Notes: generated by a model from the sequence alone, not told the origin. 64,000 bases of DNA from an uncultured Planctomycetota bacterium (GCA_963737655.1 CAVTTN010000002.1:32001-96000), one strand, 5' to 3'. Shown: positions 30,658 to 42,491, numbered from the stretch's first letter. Numbers and translations are program-made.

Positions 30658-33227
30658 TCATCGGGAGGTCCCGTACCGGTGAGACAGGAGGGCGTTGAAC
30701 AGCAGCCGGAACGTGCCGTAAGTCTGCCCCCGGTGCTGGGGAGGGAACGCGAACAGGATGACCCGCCCCTCCCCGACGTCGAGGTCGGCCACGGCCGGCT
30801 TCCCCGCGATCTTCTCCCCGCCGAGCAACCAGCCGCTTTCCAGGACCGGCATCGCCCCGTAACGGATCGGGGCCAGATCCCGAGCGGTCTCGGGGAACTC
30901 GAAGGCCAGCGACCGGTCGAAATACGCCGCGTTCTCGTCGGGCAAGCCGACCGTCAGCGAGTTGAAGGGGCGAGAAGTCAGGGGCCCGAGCTTCACGATC
31001 GACCCCGGGCCATAGAACTCCGAAGTCTTCAGCCCCTTGACCACGTTCTTCACCGGGAGCTTCAGCTCGTCGATGGCGAACGGGCAGGAATCCTCCAGGC
31101 AGACCAGCGTGCCGCCCGCCCGGACGAAATCCGCGACCGCCTTCGTCCCCTCGGGACCGAGGCCGCCGGTGTACAGCGGGTCGCTCTCGTTCGGCCCGTA
31201 ACCTTCGCGGATGGTTTTGGGATCCATCGAGGGGATCAGGAGGACGTCGAATCGATTCTTCAGCCCTCCCGCGCGGAGATCGGCATCGTGGACGGTCTGG
31301 TAGGCGAAGCCGAACTTCTCCAGGACGAGCCGGGTCCAGCCCTCGTCCATGCTCGGCACCCACGGTTGATACACCGCGACCCGCGCCACGCCGAGAGGGA
31401 AGATCTTGTCGTTGCCGGCCGCCAGGAGGTCCGAGCCCTCGGCCCTCGCCCGGCTCGAACACTCCTTCAGGGCGCCTTCCAGGACCTGCCGGGCCTTCGG
31501 ATCGGCCGGGATCAGCACCGTCCCCTCCTGGATCGGCTTCTCGCCGACCATGAAGGATTGAAAAACGACCCGCACATCCACGCCGGCCTTCAGGAGCGCG
31601 TTGAGGACGCGGAAATCGTCGTTCGCCTGATTGGCCATCGCGAAGCACTTCGCGGCCTCGACGTCGCCGTCGATCCCGCCTCGGGGGGCCTCGACGGTTT
31701 CGACGGGCTCCAGGTCGCCGACGATCGGCCGTTCCAGGACGACCGACTTGACGCCCATCTGGAGCGGGAGCGTCCATCCGGCCACGTCATAAGGCGGCTC
31801 GGCCTCGCCCGAGGACGAGAACCGGGGCGGGTACTTCTGCTTCTCCATCATGTCCTTCAGGTGGGCCCGATACGGCTGGTTCGCCGGGAGGACCCAGCTC
31901 CCGGCCGGATAGGTCACCCCGCTCGCCTCGATCGGCGTTTTCGCCTTCCGGACCTTGATGCCGGTGTCGGACAGGATGCGGACCATCTCGGCGGCCGTGC
32001 CGGGGTCGGGCCCTCCTCCGGGGACGATCCAGCCGAACGGCGGCTCCTCGGTCCCCTTGCGGATCTGCTCTCGGCCCATCGCGAGGTAGTCTCGTTGAAA
32101 TCGGTCCTTGTAGCGGGCGGCGAGGGTCAGGATCGACGAGCGCACACGTCTTTTCATACGCCTCGATGTCCGCCAGCCGCCACCATCCGCCCGGCCAGGG
32201 ATCGACGAAGTTGACCGCCGGGCGATGGTCGGAAAAACCCCGGGTCGCGCCTCGCAACTGGTCCCGTTCGAGGAAGATCGGCGACGCCGAGCTTCACGCT
32301 GGCCGCCTCCGTGAGCACGGCGACGATGTTGTGTCGCTGAGGGGTCGTCCGGTTGCCGCCGTTCCACCAGTTGTCGTACATCGCGTTAGTGAGCACGCCT
32401 TTCTTGCCCTCGGAGGCCAGGTCCGCCGCCATGTGGGCGCCGATCACGGCGATCGACTGGTTGATCCGGGGGTCCAGGTTCGGGTTGATCGGGTCGTAGA
32501 ATGGCGGGACGAACAATCGGGCGCCTCGGGAGCCCATCTGGTGGACGTCGTAGGCGAGCGTGGGGAACCATTCCTTGTAGAGCAGATGAGTGAGGAGCTG
32601 CGTTTCCTTCAGATTGAGCATGAACCAGTCGCGATTGGTGTCGTGCCCGGCATACTTGTGATACAGCCGAGCCAGCCCCTCGCCTTCCCACGGCTTGCCC
32701 TTGGTGCGGTCGTACCACTCGGCCACGATGTCCACGCCGTCGGGGTTGGCCGAGGGGACGAGGATCAGGATGGTCCTGTCGAGGATTTCGCGGGTGGCCG
32801 GGTCGTCCTTCGAGGCGAGGTGGTGGAGCAAGTCCATCGCCATGAAGGTGGAGGCGGTCTCGGTCGAGTGGATCGAGCAGGTGATCAGGACCACGGCCTT
32901 GCTCTGGGCGATCAGGGCCTCGTCGTCGGGTTGGGGCGACGCGGACGGATCGGCGATCCGCCTCTGAAGCTTCTGAACTCGGTCGAGGTCGGCGATCGTC
33001 GAGGGGCTGGAGACGATCGCGGCGAGATACGGGCGGCCCTCGGTGGTCGGGCCCAGCTCCCGGACGACCACGCGATCCGAGGCGTCATCGACCCGATGGA
33101 AGTACTCGACGACCTTCGGCCAGCGGACGAGCTGGAAGTCGGCCGGAGGAGGCGGCGAGGGGACGTCGGCGGCGAGGGCAGGGCAGGGGAGGAGGCAGGC
33201 GAGGAGGAATGGGGCGAAGCGGTTCAT
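30658..33227 (-). CDS. Secreted M14-family zinc carboxypeptidase, split by two frameshifts (~32290, ~32140)
   Basis: Signal peptide, IHSTE, NPDG, DTNRD, DVHQMG, LTE, PYDVAGWTLPL, GATase-like C-terminal part. Confidence 0.85.
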
Positions 33228-33370
33228 GAAGACGGTCCGATCGGGTCGAGGAAGCTCCGGGCGTCCCCCCCACCTTACCGCGACGGCCCGCCCGATCGAA
33301 GGGTTTGACCGCACCGGATCGATCCGTAAAATGGATGTGGACGTACCCATCCCCGAGGAAGGAGTCCTCC

Positions 33371-34642
33371 ATGATCGCCCTCCATCGCGACGGCCCCCGA
33401 ATCCTTGGCCCCTTGCCCGGCCCCCGGGCGTCGGAGTGGCTCGAACGGGATTCGGCCGTGATGTCGCCGTCGTACACCAGGACGTATCCGCTGGTCGTCC
33501 GCCGGGCCCGGGGGGCGATGGTCGAGGACCTCGACGGCAACCGCTTCCTGGACTTCACCGCCGGGATCGCCGTGACGAACGTGGGGCATTGCCATCCGCT
33601 CGTCACGGCCGCGATCCGAAGGCAGGCCGGGCGGCTCGTCCACATGTCGGGCACCGATTTCTATTACACGCCCCAGGTGAAGCTGGCCGAGACGCTCGCC
33701 CGGCTCGCCCCGGGGGACTCGCCCAAGCGGGTCTTCTTCACGAATAGCGGCGCGGAGGCGATCGAGGCGGCCCTGAAGCTCTCCCGGCACCACACCGGGC
33801 GGCCTCGGGCGATGGCGTTCCTCCGGGCGTTTCACGGGCGGACCTACGGCGCGATGGCCCTGAGCGCCTCCAAGCCGATCCATCGCCGGGGGTTCGCCCC
33901 GCTCGTGCCCGAGGTCCAGCACGCCCGCTACGGCGACCTGGAGAGCGTCCGGACCCTCCTCAAGACGACCTGCCCGCCGGATGAGCTCGCCGCCATCTTC
34001 GTCGAGCCGATCCAGGGCGAGGGCGGCTACATCGTCCCCCCGGACGATTTCTTGCCCGGGCTCCGGCGGATCTGCGACGAGATCGGCGCCTTGCTCGTCC
34101 TCGACGAGATCCAGTCGGGCATCGGCCGGACCGGCCGGATGTTCGCCTCGGAACACTGGAACGTGGCGGCCGACATCGTTTGCCTGGCCAAGGGGATCGC
34201 CAATGGATTGCCGCTCGGGGCGATCGTGGCGAGGGCCGACGTGATGGACTGGCCTCCGGGGAGCCACGCCTCCACGTTCGGAGGCAACCCCGTGGCCTGC
34301 TCCGCCGCCAACGCGACGCTCCGGCTGGTCGAGAACAAATACATGGCCAACGCCCAGGCCCGGGGCGAGCAGCTCCGAGCCGGCCTGAGACGGATCGCCG
34401 AGGGGCGGCCGATGGTCCGGGACGTCCGCGGGCTCGGGCTGATGGTCGGGATGGAGATCGGCACCGACGACGGGCCCGATCCCGCCCTCCGGGACCGGAT
34501 CATCGACCAGGCGTTCGGCCTCGGCCTCCTCCTGCTGCCCTGCGGGCCGAGCACGGTCCGGTTTTGCCCTCCCCTGTGTTTGACGGCCCGGCAGGTTGCC
34601 ATCGGGCTTGACCTCGTCGCCCAGGCCGTGGACCTCTCCTGA
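33371..34642 (+). CDS. Class III PLP aminotransferase
   Basis: NSGAEA, FHGRT, EPIQGEGG, DEIQSGIGRTG, AKG, STFGGNP. Confidence 0.93.
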   Translation: MIALHRDGPRILGPLPGPRASEWLERDSAVMSPSYTRTYPLVVRRARGAMVEDLDGNRFLDFTAGIAVTNVGHCHPLVTAAIRRQAGRLVHMSGTDFYYTPQVKLAETLARLAPGDSPKRVFFTNSGAEAIEAALKLSRHHTGRPRAMAFLRAFHGRTYGAMALSASKPIHRRGFAPLVPEVQHARYGDLESVRTLLKTTCPPDELAAIFVEPIQGEGGYIVPPDDFLPGLRRICDEIGALLVLDEIQSGIGRTGRMFASEHWNVAADIVCLAKGIANGLPLGAIVARADVMDWPPGSHASTFGGNPVACSAANATLRLVENKYMANAQARGEQLRAGLRRIAEGRPMVRDVRGLGLMVGMEIGTDDGPDPALRDRIIDQAFGLGLLLLPCGPSTVRFCPPLCLTARQVAIGLDLVAQAVDLS

Positions 34643-34664
34643 ACCACGGAAGGACGCCCGATCC

Positions 34665-36065
34665 ATGACCGCCATCGCCGAGACGCCGACGTTCGACTGG
34701 AAGCGATTCCCCGAGGCCGAGGCCCTGGTCGATTCGCTCCTCCGGACGGCCCTCGACGGCAACGACTTCCTCGCCTCGCTCTCGACGACGATGGCCGACC
34801 AGACCAGCACGAGGCTGGTGGATTGGGTCGATCACCTGGTCGTGACCGACCGGCCGGGCCTGAACCTTCGGGTGATGGATGCCGAGTTCGTCCGGGAGAA
34901 ACTCGCGTACACCCTCGGCGCGACGGTCTACGTCCACGACGGCGGGATGTTCCCGACGATCGTCGTGCAGTCGGGGTCCGGCCCCGAGGTCCGCGAGGTG
35001 GCGTTGAAGGTCGAGTCGATCGCCGAGTTTTCCCGGGCCCACGACCTGGGACTGCGGCCCGAGGGCTATCCTCTGGGGCCGTATCGGATCGCCCGGGTCG
35101 AGGGAGGCCCGACGGCGGTTTCCGTGGTCGAGAGGCGAGGCTATCGCGGGTTCGAGGCGTTCCCGGGCGACCTGGCGAGGGAAGGGCGGATGGCCCCTCA
35201 CGCCGCCCGGGAGGCCCTGGAAGCTCGCGACCTGTGGCTCGGCCGTCGCCGGGCGTTCGACGACGATCGGCAGGGCTTCGACGTCGCCGACTCGGCGCTC
35301 GATCGGATGATCGAACTGGTCGGGCCCGATCTCGCATGCCACCTGGTGTTCGAGGTCGAGAGGGCGTACTGGGAAAGCCGCAACCGGGCCGCCCGGGTCC
35401 AGAAAGCCCGCCAGGACCGCCTCGGCCTGGGCTGGGCCAACCACGACCACCACACCTTCCGCAGCTCCCGGCGGTTCTTCCCGCGATTGATCGCCATGTT
35501 CGAACGGCTCGGCTTCCTGCTCCGCGAACGCTACCACGCCGGCGCCCAGGCCGGCTGGGGCGCGCAGATCCTCGAGCATCCCCGGGCCGGGATCGTGATC
35601 TTCGCCGACCTCGACCTCGCCCCCGACGAGGCCGGGCACGACTTCGCCCACGACCCCTTGCCCGACCTGCCTCGGCCCAACACCGTGGGCCTCTGGGTCG
35701 GCCTTCATGGCGAATCGATCCTCGGGGCCGGGATGCATCACCTGGAAGCGCAGTTCGATTTCGACGCCCTCCGCGACGACTTGCAGGCGGAAGCCGGCAT
35801 CGAGACCATGAAGCCGTTCTCCGACTTCCCGTTCCTCCGCCAGGCGTTCACCGCCGGGGAGCGCTGGCCCGTGGACCCGAAGCGGGCCGATCGATTGTTC
35901 CAGCTCGGGTGGATCGACGAGGCCCAGCACGCCCGGTTCCTGGCCGAAGGGGCGATCGGGAGCCACCTGGAAAACCTGCAACGAGCCGAGGGCTACAAGG
36001 GGTTCAATCAGAAATCCGTGAGCGCGATCCTCCGGGCCACGGACCCCCGAGCCGTCGACCATTGA
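34665..36065 (+). CDS. VOC/DUF1338-like metalloprotein (hypothetical)
   Basis: GWANHDHHTFRS, GMHHLE, SHLE; operonic with the aminotransferase. Confidence 0.65.
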   Translation: MTAIAETPTFDWKRFPEAEALVDSLLRTALDGNDFLASLSTTMADQTSTRLVDWVDHLVVTDRPGLNLRVMDAEFVREKLAYTLGATVYVHDGGMFPTIVVQSGSGPEVREVALKVESIAEFSRAHDLGLRPEGYPLGPYRIARVEGGPTAVSVVERRGYRGFEAFPGDLAREGRMAPHAAREALEARDLWLGRRRAFDDDRQGFDVADSALDRMIELVGPDLACHLVFEVERAYWESRNRAARVQKARQDRLGLGWANHDHHTFRSSRRFFPRLIAMFERLGFLLRERYHAGAQAGWGAQILEHPRAGIVIFADLDLAPDEAGHDFAHDPLPDLPRPNTVGLWVGLHGESILGAGMHHLEAQFDFDALRDDLQAEAGIETMKPFSDFPFLRQAFTAGERWPVDPKRADRLFQLGWIDEAQHARFLAEGAIGSHLENLQRAEGYKGFNQKSVSAILRATDPRAVDH

Positions 36066-36344
36066 GGGCCACGGACGGAACTCGCGCCGCCCGGGACGAG
36101 TCCAAGGAGCGGCCCGGAGGCCCGATCGCGGCGCTTCGAGACGCCGGGCCCTCCCCGTCCCGTCCCTGGGGAACTTGACAAGGAAGGAGGGCGGGGTAAG
36201 CTCTTGGAAGACCTTTTCTCGGGCGGGTGGTCCGTGGTCCTTCATGCCGCCTCGCCGTTTCGCATCCACGACGACCCGTTTTCCCGGACCGGCCCGAGCT
36301 TCCGAGACGGCCCGATCCCGGGGATTAATGGAAGGTCCGAGCTT

Positions 36345-37828
36345 ATGTTGAAGGCGATCTCCCCGCGACGTCCTCGCGGACTCTCGTGGGTCGTCCTGGC
36401 GATCGTCGGCCTGGCCGTGGTCGCGATGGCGACCCGGCGATCTTCCGCCCAGGATGCCCCGCCGAAGGGGAGTTCGGCCGGCTCGTCCGGATCGGCCAAG
36501 GGAGACGAGAAGCGCAAGGACGACGCCGAGACTCCCGAGGTCGCCAAGAAGGCCGACGTCCACGCCAAGGAATCCCCCGAGTCCCAGGACCGCTACGAGG
36601 ATCCCCGGGCCGAGGCCGCCCTCAAGAACAACTTCCCCGAGATGACCGGCTCCGCCGCGTCCCTGAGCGCCGCCGACCGCGCCGCCATCGAGGCGATGGC
36701 CGAGGGCAAGGGCAACGTGGACCTCGGCGCGATCGATCGCTACGTCCGCGCCTACACCGCCGAGCTGACCAAGCGCGCCAACATCAAGGCCCTGGAAGAC
36801 ATCGGGGCAGGCAACGCCAACGCCGTCAAGGCGATGGACCTCGCCTCCTCGGCGCTGATCAAGCCGCTCGTGCCCGAGGTGACCGGGCGGAATACGAACT
36901 TCCGGAACCGGTACGTCGGCAAGCTGATCGAGGTGTTCTCCAAGCTCTGGAAGGCGAACTACTTCACCCGGACGTTCGCCATGACCGTCCTCAGCCGGTC
37001 GGGCGACCCCCAGGCGATGCGGGTCTTCTCCGATCAGTTGAACGACCCGGACCAGGTCCTGATCGTCAAGCAGCTCGCGGCCGTGGGGATCCTCTTCTCG
37101 ACCCAGGAGGGCCGCAAGAGCGTCGACAGCCGGGACTCGATCGGCGGCGCCAAGGCGCTGGCGGACTTCCTGGAACGAGAGACCGACGCCTTCTGGCTGA
37201 CCAAGGCCCGGGCCCTCCGCGCCTGGGCTCGCTCCGCATGGCCACGGCCGTCCCCCTGGGCAACAAGGCCGAGTTCGCCGACACGGCCATGAAATTCCTG
37301 GTCGATGGCAAGCTCCCGCCCGACGTCCGGTCGGCGGCGGCCTGGGCCCTGGGCATGATGGTCGTGCCGAACTCCGTGAGGGACTTCAATTACCCCCTGG
37401 TCGCCTATGCCGCCGGGCTGGCCGCGGCGGACCTCGGCGATCGGATCATCGCGGTCCCGGACAAGGCGATCCTCCGGGTCACGAGGCTGACCGAGCTCCT
37501 GATCCAGATCCATCTGGCCTTCAACGGCCAGCCGGGCGTCCGCGAATCCGGCCTCCTGCACCAGGCCAATCCCGCCGCGGCGTCCGCCCAGGGGTACGTG
37601 GCCGAGGTGGAGAAGCGCGTCCGGGCCCTGACTCGCGCCTCGCTCGCCCTCGGGCAGACCGTCGGGACGAACATCCCCAAGGCCCGCAAGGAGGTCGTCG
37701 CGGCCGTGGATGATCTCCGGTCGTTCCTCGCGAAGCCCCCGACCGGAGCCCGGACTCTCTACTCCGGCGGCCCGGAATCCCCCGAGCCGACGTTGCCGGC
37801 AAAGGTCGCCCCCAGTGCCCGCCCCTGA
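36345..37828 (+). CDS. Exported helical-repeat protein, frameshift at ~37220
   Basis: Signal peptide ending SSAQD; HEAT-like repeats (VRSAAAWALG); joins ORFs 36204-37292 and 36386-37828. Confidence 0.7.
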
Positions 37829-38696
37829 TCGCCCGGACCGCGCCGGCCCGGCCATCGTGCCCGTCCCGGAGGTCCGCGATTACGACCGGATCAATCCGGA
37901 GCTGATCGCGCTCCTGAACTCCGGGGCCGACCACGTCCGGCTTGCCGGAGTCGGCGGCCAGAGGCTCCTCCTGGCCGGCTTGCGAGGGACCTGGGTGGCG
38001 ACCGTGGAGGTCGAAGGGGACGCCGGGCCCGAACTCGCGGCCGAACTCGACGCGCCCGGCCTCCTCGTGATCGTCTCCGGCTCGACCGCGGACGGGGCAG
38101 GGCGGGGCCTGCGAGACAGCCGGTTGCTGATCCTGGGAGACGCCGGCCCCGCCGTCGGATCGGGTCAAACCGGAGGGACGATCGTCGTCGCCGGACGGAC
38201 CTCGGATCGCGCCGGCCTCCGCCAGGCCGGCGGAATCCTGGTCCTCGGAGGCCCGGTCGGGCGATTGGCCGGCGAACGGCAGGGCGGAGGGCGGCTGATC
38301 CACCGCCCCGGTTCGCTCGGCCCCGATGCCGGACTCGGCCGATCGGGCGGTCGTGCCCTGACGCCTCCGAGGCTCGACGGCCAGGACGCGGCGATCCTCG
38401 ACGAGGCCGTCGGCCCCCTCGATCCCTGGCTCCCGGACTCCCTCCGATCACTCCTGGGCGCTCGCCCCGGCCCGATCCGGGGGCCGGGCCATGAACCGAT
38501 TCGGACGATGGGCGGCCCTGGTCGTCGTGCCGTGGCTCGCCGGATGCGGACGCGCCTTCGGGCCCGAGCCGATGAGGACCGCCACGATCTCCGGCCGGGT
38601 CCTGATCGACGGCAAGCCCCTGACCCGGGGCTGGCTGGAGATGATGCCGGCCGACGGCACGATCGGCCTCCTCCGCTCCGCCCCGATCGGGCGTGA
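37815..38696 (+). CDS. GXGXG (GltB C-terminal / FwdC-like) domain protein; true end probably near 38490
   Basis: Repeated GDAG, GxGxxGG.IVV.G; the tail overlaps the next gene. Confidence 0.75.
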   Translation: MPAPDRPDRAGPAIVPVPEVRDYDRINPELIALLNSGADHVRLAGVGGQRLLLAGLRGTWVATVEVEGDAGPELAAELDAPGLLVIVSGSTADGAGRGLRDSRLLILGDAGPAVGSGQTGGTIVVAGRTSDRAGLRQAGGILVLGGPVGRLAGERQGGGRLIHRPGSLGPDAGLGRSGGRALTPPRLDGQDAAILDEAVGPLDPWLPDSLRSLLGARPGPIRGPGHEPIRTMGGPGRRAVARRMRTRLRARADEDRHDLRPGPDRRQAPDPGLAGDDAGRRHDRPPPLRPDRA

Positions 38697-38916
38697 CGGT
38701 TCCTTCCGGATCGACCGAGTGCCGGTCGGGACGGTCGCGATCCGATTCGCGGGGCCTCCGATCCCGGGCACCGGCCTCCCCCGGATCGATCGGTTCCTGT
38801 TCGAGATCCGCCGGAGCCCCCTGATCCGTCGGACGATCGGGCCCGAGGGAGGCCCGATGAACCTGGACATCCTCGACGAGGCCCGGGAATTCACGGCAAA
38901 ATATCCGTCGTTCTGA
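38491..38916 (+). CDS. Planctomycete-type lipoprotein (carboxypeptidase-regulatory-like fold)
   Basis: Lipobox LAGC; ISGRVLIDGKPL, DGSF. Confidence 0.75.
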   Translation: MNRFGRWAALVVVPWLAGCGRAFGPEPMRTATISGRVLIDGKPLTRGWLEMMPADGTIGLLRSAPIGRDGSFRIDRVPVGTVAIRFAGPPIPGTGLPRIDRFLFEIRRSPLIRRTIGPEGGPMNLDILDEAREFTAKYPSF

Positions 38917-38940
38917 GTGGAGACTCCCCGGAGGCCCGCG

Positions 38941-39981
38941 ATGGCGACCGCCGAGACCACGGAACTCGCCGCCGAGTCGGTCGGGCCCCGATTCCGCGTC
39001 TTTCATCGGTCGGCCGACGGCACGATCGATCCCCTCTGGCCCGTGGATCGGATCGGCGAGGCGATCGCCGATCCAGGGGCCACCGTCTGGATCGACATCG
39101 ACGGGCCCGAGGCGGACGTCCCCCGAGTCGAGGCCCTGTTCCGGGACGTCTTCGCCTTCCACCCCCTGGCGATCGAGGACGCCATCCGGGAAACCCACGT
39201 CCCGAAGCTGGATGACTGGGGCCGCTACCTCTACCTGGTCTTCAAGGCGATCGACCCCGGTCCCGAGGCCGGCGAGCCGGTCCTCCGGGAACTCGACGTC
39301 TTCCTCGGGACCAACTATCTCGTGACCTGCCACTCGGGCCCGATCGAGGCCATCGAGAGCGTGACCCGCCAGGTCGGCCGCGACCCCGACCGCTTCTCCC
39401 GGGGGCCGGACCACGTCCTCTATCACATCCTCGACGAATCGGTGGACGCGTACCTGACGGCCATCGAGCGGCTGGACGAGGCGATCGACGAGGCCCAGGA
39501 GGAAGTCTTCAACCAGCCCTCGCCCCGGACCCTCCAGACGATCTTCGCCGTGAAGAGGGCCGCCCTCAAGATCCACCGGATGATCTCGCCGACCCGCGAG
39601 GTCGTCAACCGGCTCGCCCGGGACGCCTATTCGCAGATCGACGCCCCGGACCGCGTCTATTTCCGGGACGTCTACGATCACCTGGTCCGGCTCCACGACA
39701 TCACCGAGGGCCTCCGCGACCTGATCTCCGGGGCCCTGGATACCTACCTGTCGGCGATCTCGAACCGGACCAACGAGATCATGAAGACGCTGACTCTCGT
39801 GACGGTCATGTTCCTGCCGATGTCGTTCCTGGCGGGGTTCTTCGGGATGAACTTCTTCGGGGAGAACCTCGCCCTGCCCGGATCGCTGCCGAGAGGCGCG
39901 GTGTTCTGGGGATCGTGCCTGCTGATGCTCGCGACGCCTCCCGGCCTGTGGATCTGGGCCCGGCGACGGGGCTGGTTCTGA
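38941..39981 (+). CDS. corA: Magnesium/cobalt transporter CorA
   Basis: FHPLAIED, YFRDVYDH, NEIMKTLT, FGMNF. Confidence 0.95.
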   Translation: MATAETTELAAESVGPRFRVFHRSADGTIDPLWPVDRIGEAIADPGATVWIDIDGPEADVPRVEALFRDVFAFHPLAIEDAIRETHVPKLDDWGRYLYLVFKAIDPGPEAGEPVLRELDVFLGTNYLVTCHSGPIEAIESVTRQVGRDPDRFSRGPDHVLYHILDESVDAYLTAIERLDEAIDEAQEEVFNQPSPRTLQTIFAVKRAALKIHRMISPTREVVNRLARDAYSQIDAPDRVYFRDVYDHLVRLHDITEGLRDLISGALDTYLSAISNRTNEIMKTLTLVTVMFLPMSFLAGFFGMNFFGENLALPGSLPRGAVFWGSCLLMLATPPGLWIWARRRGWF

Positions 39982-40090
39982 CCGGGCCCGGTCGGGTCCG
40001 AAACCCGCGGTCCGGCCGATCTCGGGGTAGAATGGATCGATCTCCGTTTTTGGCCCGCCCCGGGGCCGCCCCCTTCCTCGGAGGTCGCAG

Positions 40091-41857
40091 TTGACCGCGT
40101 CCTGGCGAGTCCTCCCCCACGATCGGGACCGCGTCGAGGCCCTGAGCCGGGCGGCCGGGGTGCCTCCTCTCGTGGCGATCCTCCTGATCCACCGGGGCGT
40201 GACGGACGCGGAGTCCGCCCGGGTCTTCCTCGGGGCCCGGAGGGACAGCCTGCACGATCCGGCCCTCCTGCCCGGGGCGGTCGAGGCGGCCGAAAGGATC
40301 GTCCGGGCGATCCGGGACGGCCGGAAGATCGTGATCTATGGCGATTATGACGTCGATGGCGTCTGCGGGACGAGCGTCCTCTGGGCCTGCCTGAAGCTGG
40401 CCGGCGCGAGGGACGTCGAGTATTACATCCCCCACCGGGTCGAGGAGGGATACGGCGTCAATTCCCGGGCGATCCGCCATCTCGTCGAGGAGAGGCGGGC
40501 CGGCTTGATCGTCACGGTCGATTGCGGGATCACGGCCGTCGAGGAAGCCCTTCTGGCCCGCGAGCTCGGCGTCGAATTGATCGTGACCGACCACCACACC
40601 CCGGGCTCGACCTGGCCCGAGGCCGATGCCCTGGTCCATCCGCTCGCGCCGGGCGCGGCGTACCCGTTCCCGGAGCTTTGCGGGGCGGGCGTGGCGTTCA
40701 AGCTGGCGTGGCAGGTGTGCAAGTCGTTCGGCGACGGCAAGAAGGCGTCGCCCCACCTCCGGGATTTCCTCCTCCGGGCGATCAACCTCGTGGCGCTGGC
40801 CACCGTCGCCGACATGGTGCCGCTCGAAGGCGAAAACCGGATCTTCGTCCGCCACGGCCTCAAGGGGATCGCCGTCGATGATTCGGTCGGCCTGAAGGCG
40901 CTGCTCCAGGTCTCGGGCCTCCTGGGCAAGGACCGTTTGAACTCCGGCAACGTGGCGTTCGCCCTGGGCCCGCGGATCAACGCGGCGGGTCGGCTCCAGT
41001 ATGCGATGAAGGCGGTCGAGCTGCTGACGACCGACGACGCCTCCGAGGCGATGGAGATCGCCCGGGTCCTGGACGACTGCAACCGCGAGCGCCAGGACGT
41101 GGAGCGCACGATCGTCGTCGAGGCGAAGGCGATGGTGGAAGAATCCGGCGGCCTGGGCGATCGCGGCGCGGTCGTCGTCGGCAAGGCGGGCTGGCATCCC
41201 GGGGTGATCGGGATCGTGGCGTCCCGCCTCGTCGAGACCTACCACCGCCCGGCGATCGTCGTGGCGATCGGCGAGGAGATCGGCCAGGGTTCGGCCCGAT
41301 CGGTCCCGGGCTTCCACCTGTACGACGCCCTGAAGGCCTGCTCCGACGGCCTGGCGTCGTTCGGAGGCCACCGGATGGCCGCCGGCCTGAAGATCGCTCC
41401 GGGGTTCCTCGCCGAATTCGCCGACCGCTTCGACCGGCACTGCCGATCCGCCCTGACTCCCGAGCTCCGGCGCAAGGAATTGCTCATCGACGCGGAAATC
41501 CCGTTCGGAAGCTTGACGCTGCCGGTCGTCGAGGCGCTGGAAGACCTGGAGCCGTTCGGCATCGGCAACGCGAGGCCGCTCTTGCTCGCCTCCGACGCCC
41601 GGCTCGTGGGCGACCCCAGGGTCATGGGCGAGAAGAAGAACCACCTCCAGCTGAGGATCGCGCAGGGAGAGACCACCATCCGGGCGGTCTGGTGGAATGG
41701 AGCGGCGAAGGCCGAAGGGTACAAGGCCGGCATGCCCTGTGCTGTGGTGTTCACGCCGAGCGTGAACGAATGGAACGGCCGCCGCGAAGTCCAGCTCGAA
41801 GTCAAGGACTTCCAGGCCCGGGATGGCCGGGAGCTTCCCCATGCCCGCCCCGCCTGA
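40091..41857 (+). CDS. recJ: ssDNA exonuclease RecJ
   Basis: GDYDVDG, TVDCG, TDHH, GPRINAAGR, GGH..AAG, LEPFGIGN. Confidence 0.97.
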   Translation: MTASWRVLPHDRDRVEALSRAAGVPPLVAILLIHRGVTDAESARVFLGARRDSLHDPALLPGAVEAAERIVRAIRDGRKIVIYGDYDVDGVCGTSVLWACLKLAGARDVEYYIPHRVEEGYGVNSRAIRHLVEERRAGLIVTVDCGITAVEEALLARELGVELIVTDHHTPGSTWPEADALVHPLAPGAAYPFPELCGAGVAFKLAWQVCKSFGDGKKASPHLRDFLLRAINLVALATVADMVPLEGENRIFVRHGLKGIAVDDSVGLKALLQVSGLLGKDRLNSGNVAFALGPRINAAGRLQYAMKAVELLTTDDASEAMEIARVLDDCNRERQDVERTIVVEAKAMVEESGGLGDRGAVVVGKAGWHPGVIGIVASRLVETYHRPAIVVAIGEEIGQGSARSVPGFHLYDALKACSDGLASFGGHRMAAGLKIAPGFLAEFADRFDRHCRSALTPELRRKELLIDAEIPFGSLTLPVVEALEDLEPFGIGNARPLLLASDARLVGDPRVMGEKKNHLQLRIAQGETTIRAVWWNGAAKAEGYKAGMPCAVVFTPSVNEWNGRREVQLEVKDFQARDGRELPHARPA

Positions 41858-42491
41858 TCCGTCTCCGGGAGCCGAGATCGCCCGACAGGTCCGGGACCGG
41901 GGCGTGACCAACGCCCGGGTCCTCTCCGCGATCGCCCGGTTCGATCGCAGTCGGTTCATCCCGCCCGAATCGCGGTCCGAGGCCCTGGCCGATCGCGCCG
42001 TGCCGATCGGGATGGACCAGACCATCAGCCAGCCGTTCATGGTCGGCAAGATGACCGAGGAGCTGGACCTCCGGCCGACCGACCGCGTCCTGGAAGTCGG
42101 CACGGGCAGCGGCTATCAGGCGGCGATCCTCTCGGCGATGGCCCGGGAGGTCGTCACGATCGAGAGGCTGACGACCCTTTCGCTCCGGGCCCGGTCGATC
42201 CTGGACGGCCTGGGGATCACCAACGTCCGATTCGCGATCGGGGACGGCTCGCTCGGCCTGCCGGAGTTCGCCCCGTATGACCGAATCCTCGTCACGGCCG
42301 GGGCGCCGGGGATTCCGGCGGCCCTGTTCGAACAACTCGCCGATGGCGGCCGGCTCGTCGCGCCGATCGGCGACGAGCACACCCAGCAACTCACCGTCGT
42401 CCGCAAGAAGAAGGGGAAGCCCCTGATTCGCACCTTCTTCCCCTGCCGGTTCGTCAAGCTGATCGGCGAGGAAGCGTGGCCGGAGCCTTGA
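41841..42491 (+). CDS. pcm: Protein-L-isoaspartate O-methyltransferase
   Basis: QTISQP, LEVGTGSGYQAA, GDGSLG, PYDRILVTA. Confidence 0.95.
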   Translation: MPAPPDPSPGAEIARQVRDRGVTNARVLSAIARFDRSRFIPPESRSEALADRAVPIGMDQTISQPFMVGKMTEELDLRPTDRVLEVGTGSGYQAAILSAMAREVVTIERLTTLSLRARSILDGLGITNVRFAIGDGSLGLPEFAPYDRILVTAGAPGIPAALFEQLADGGRLVAPIGDEHTQQLTVVRKKKGKPLIRTFFPCRFVKLIGEEAWPEP

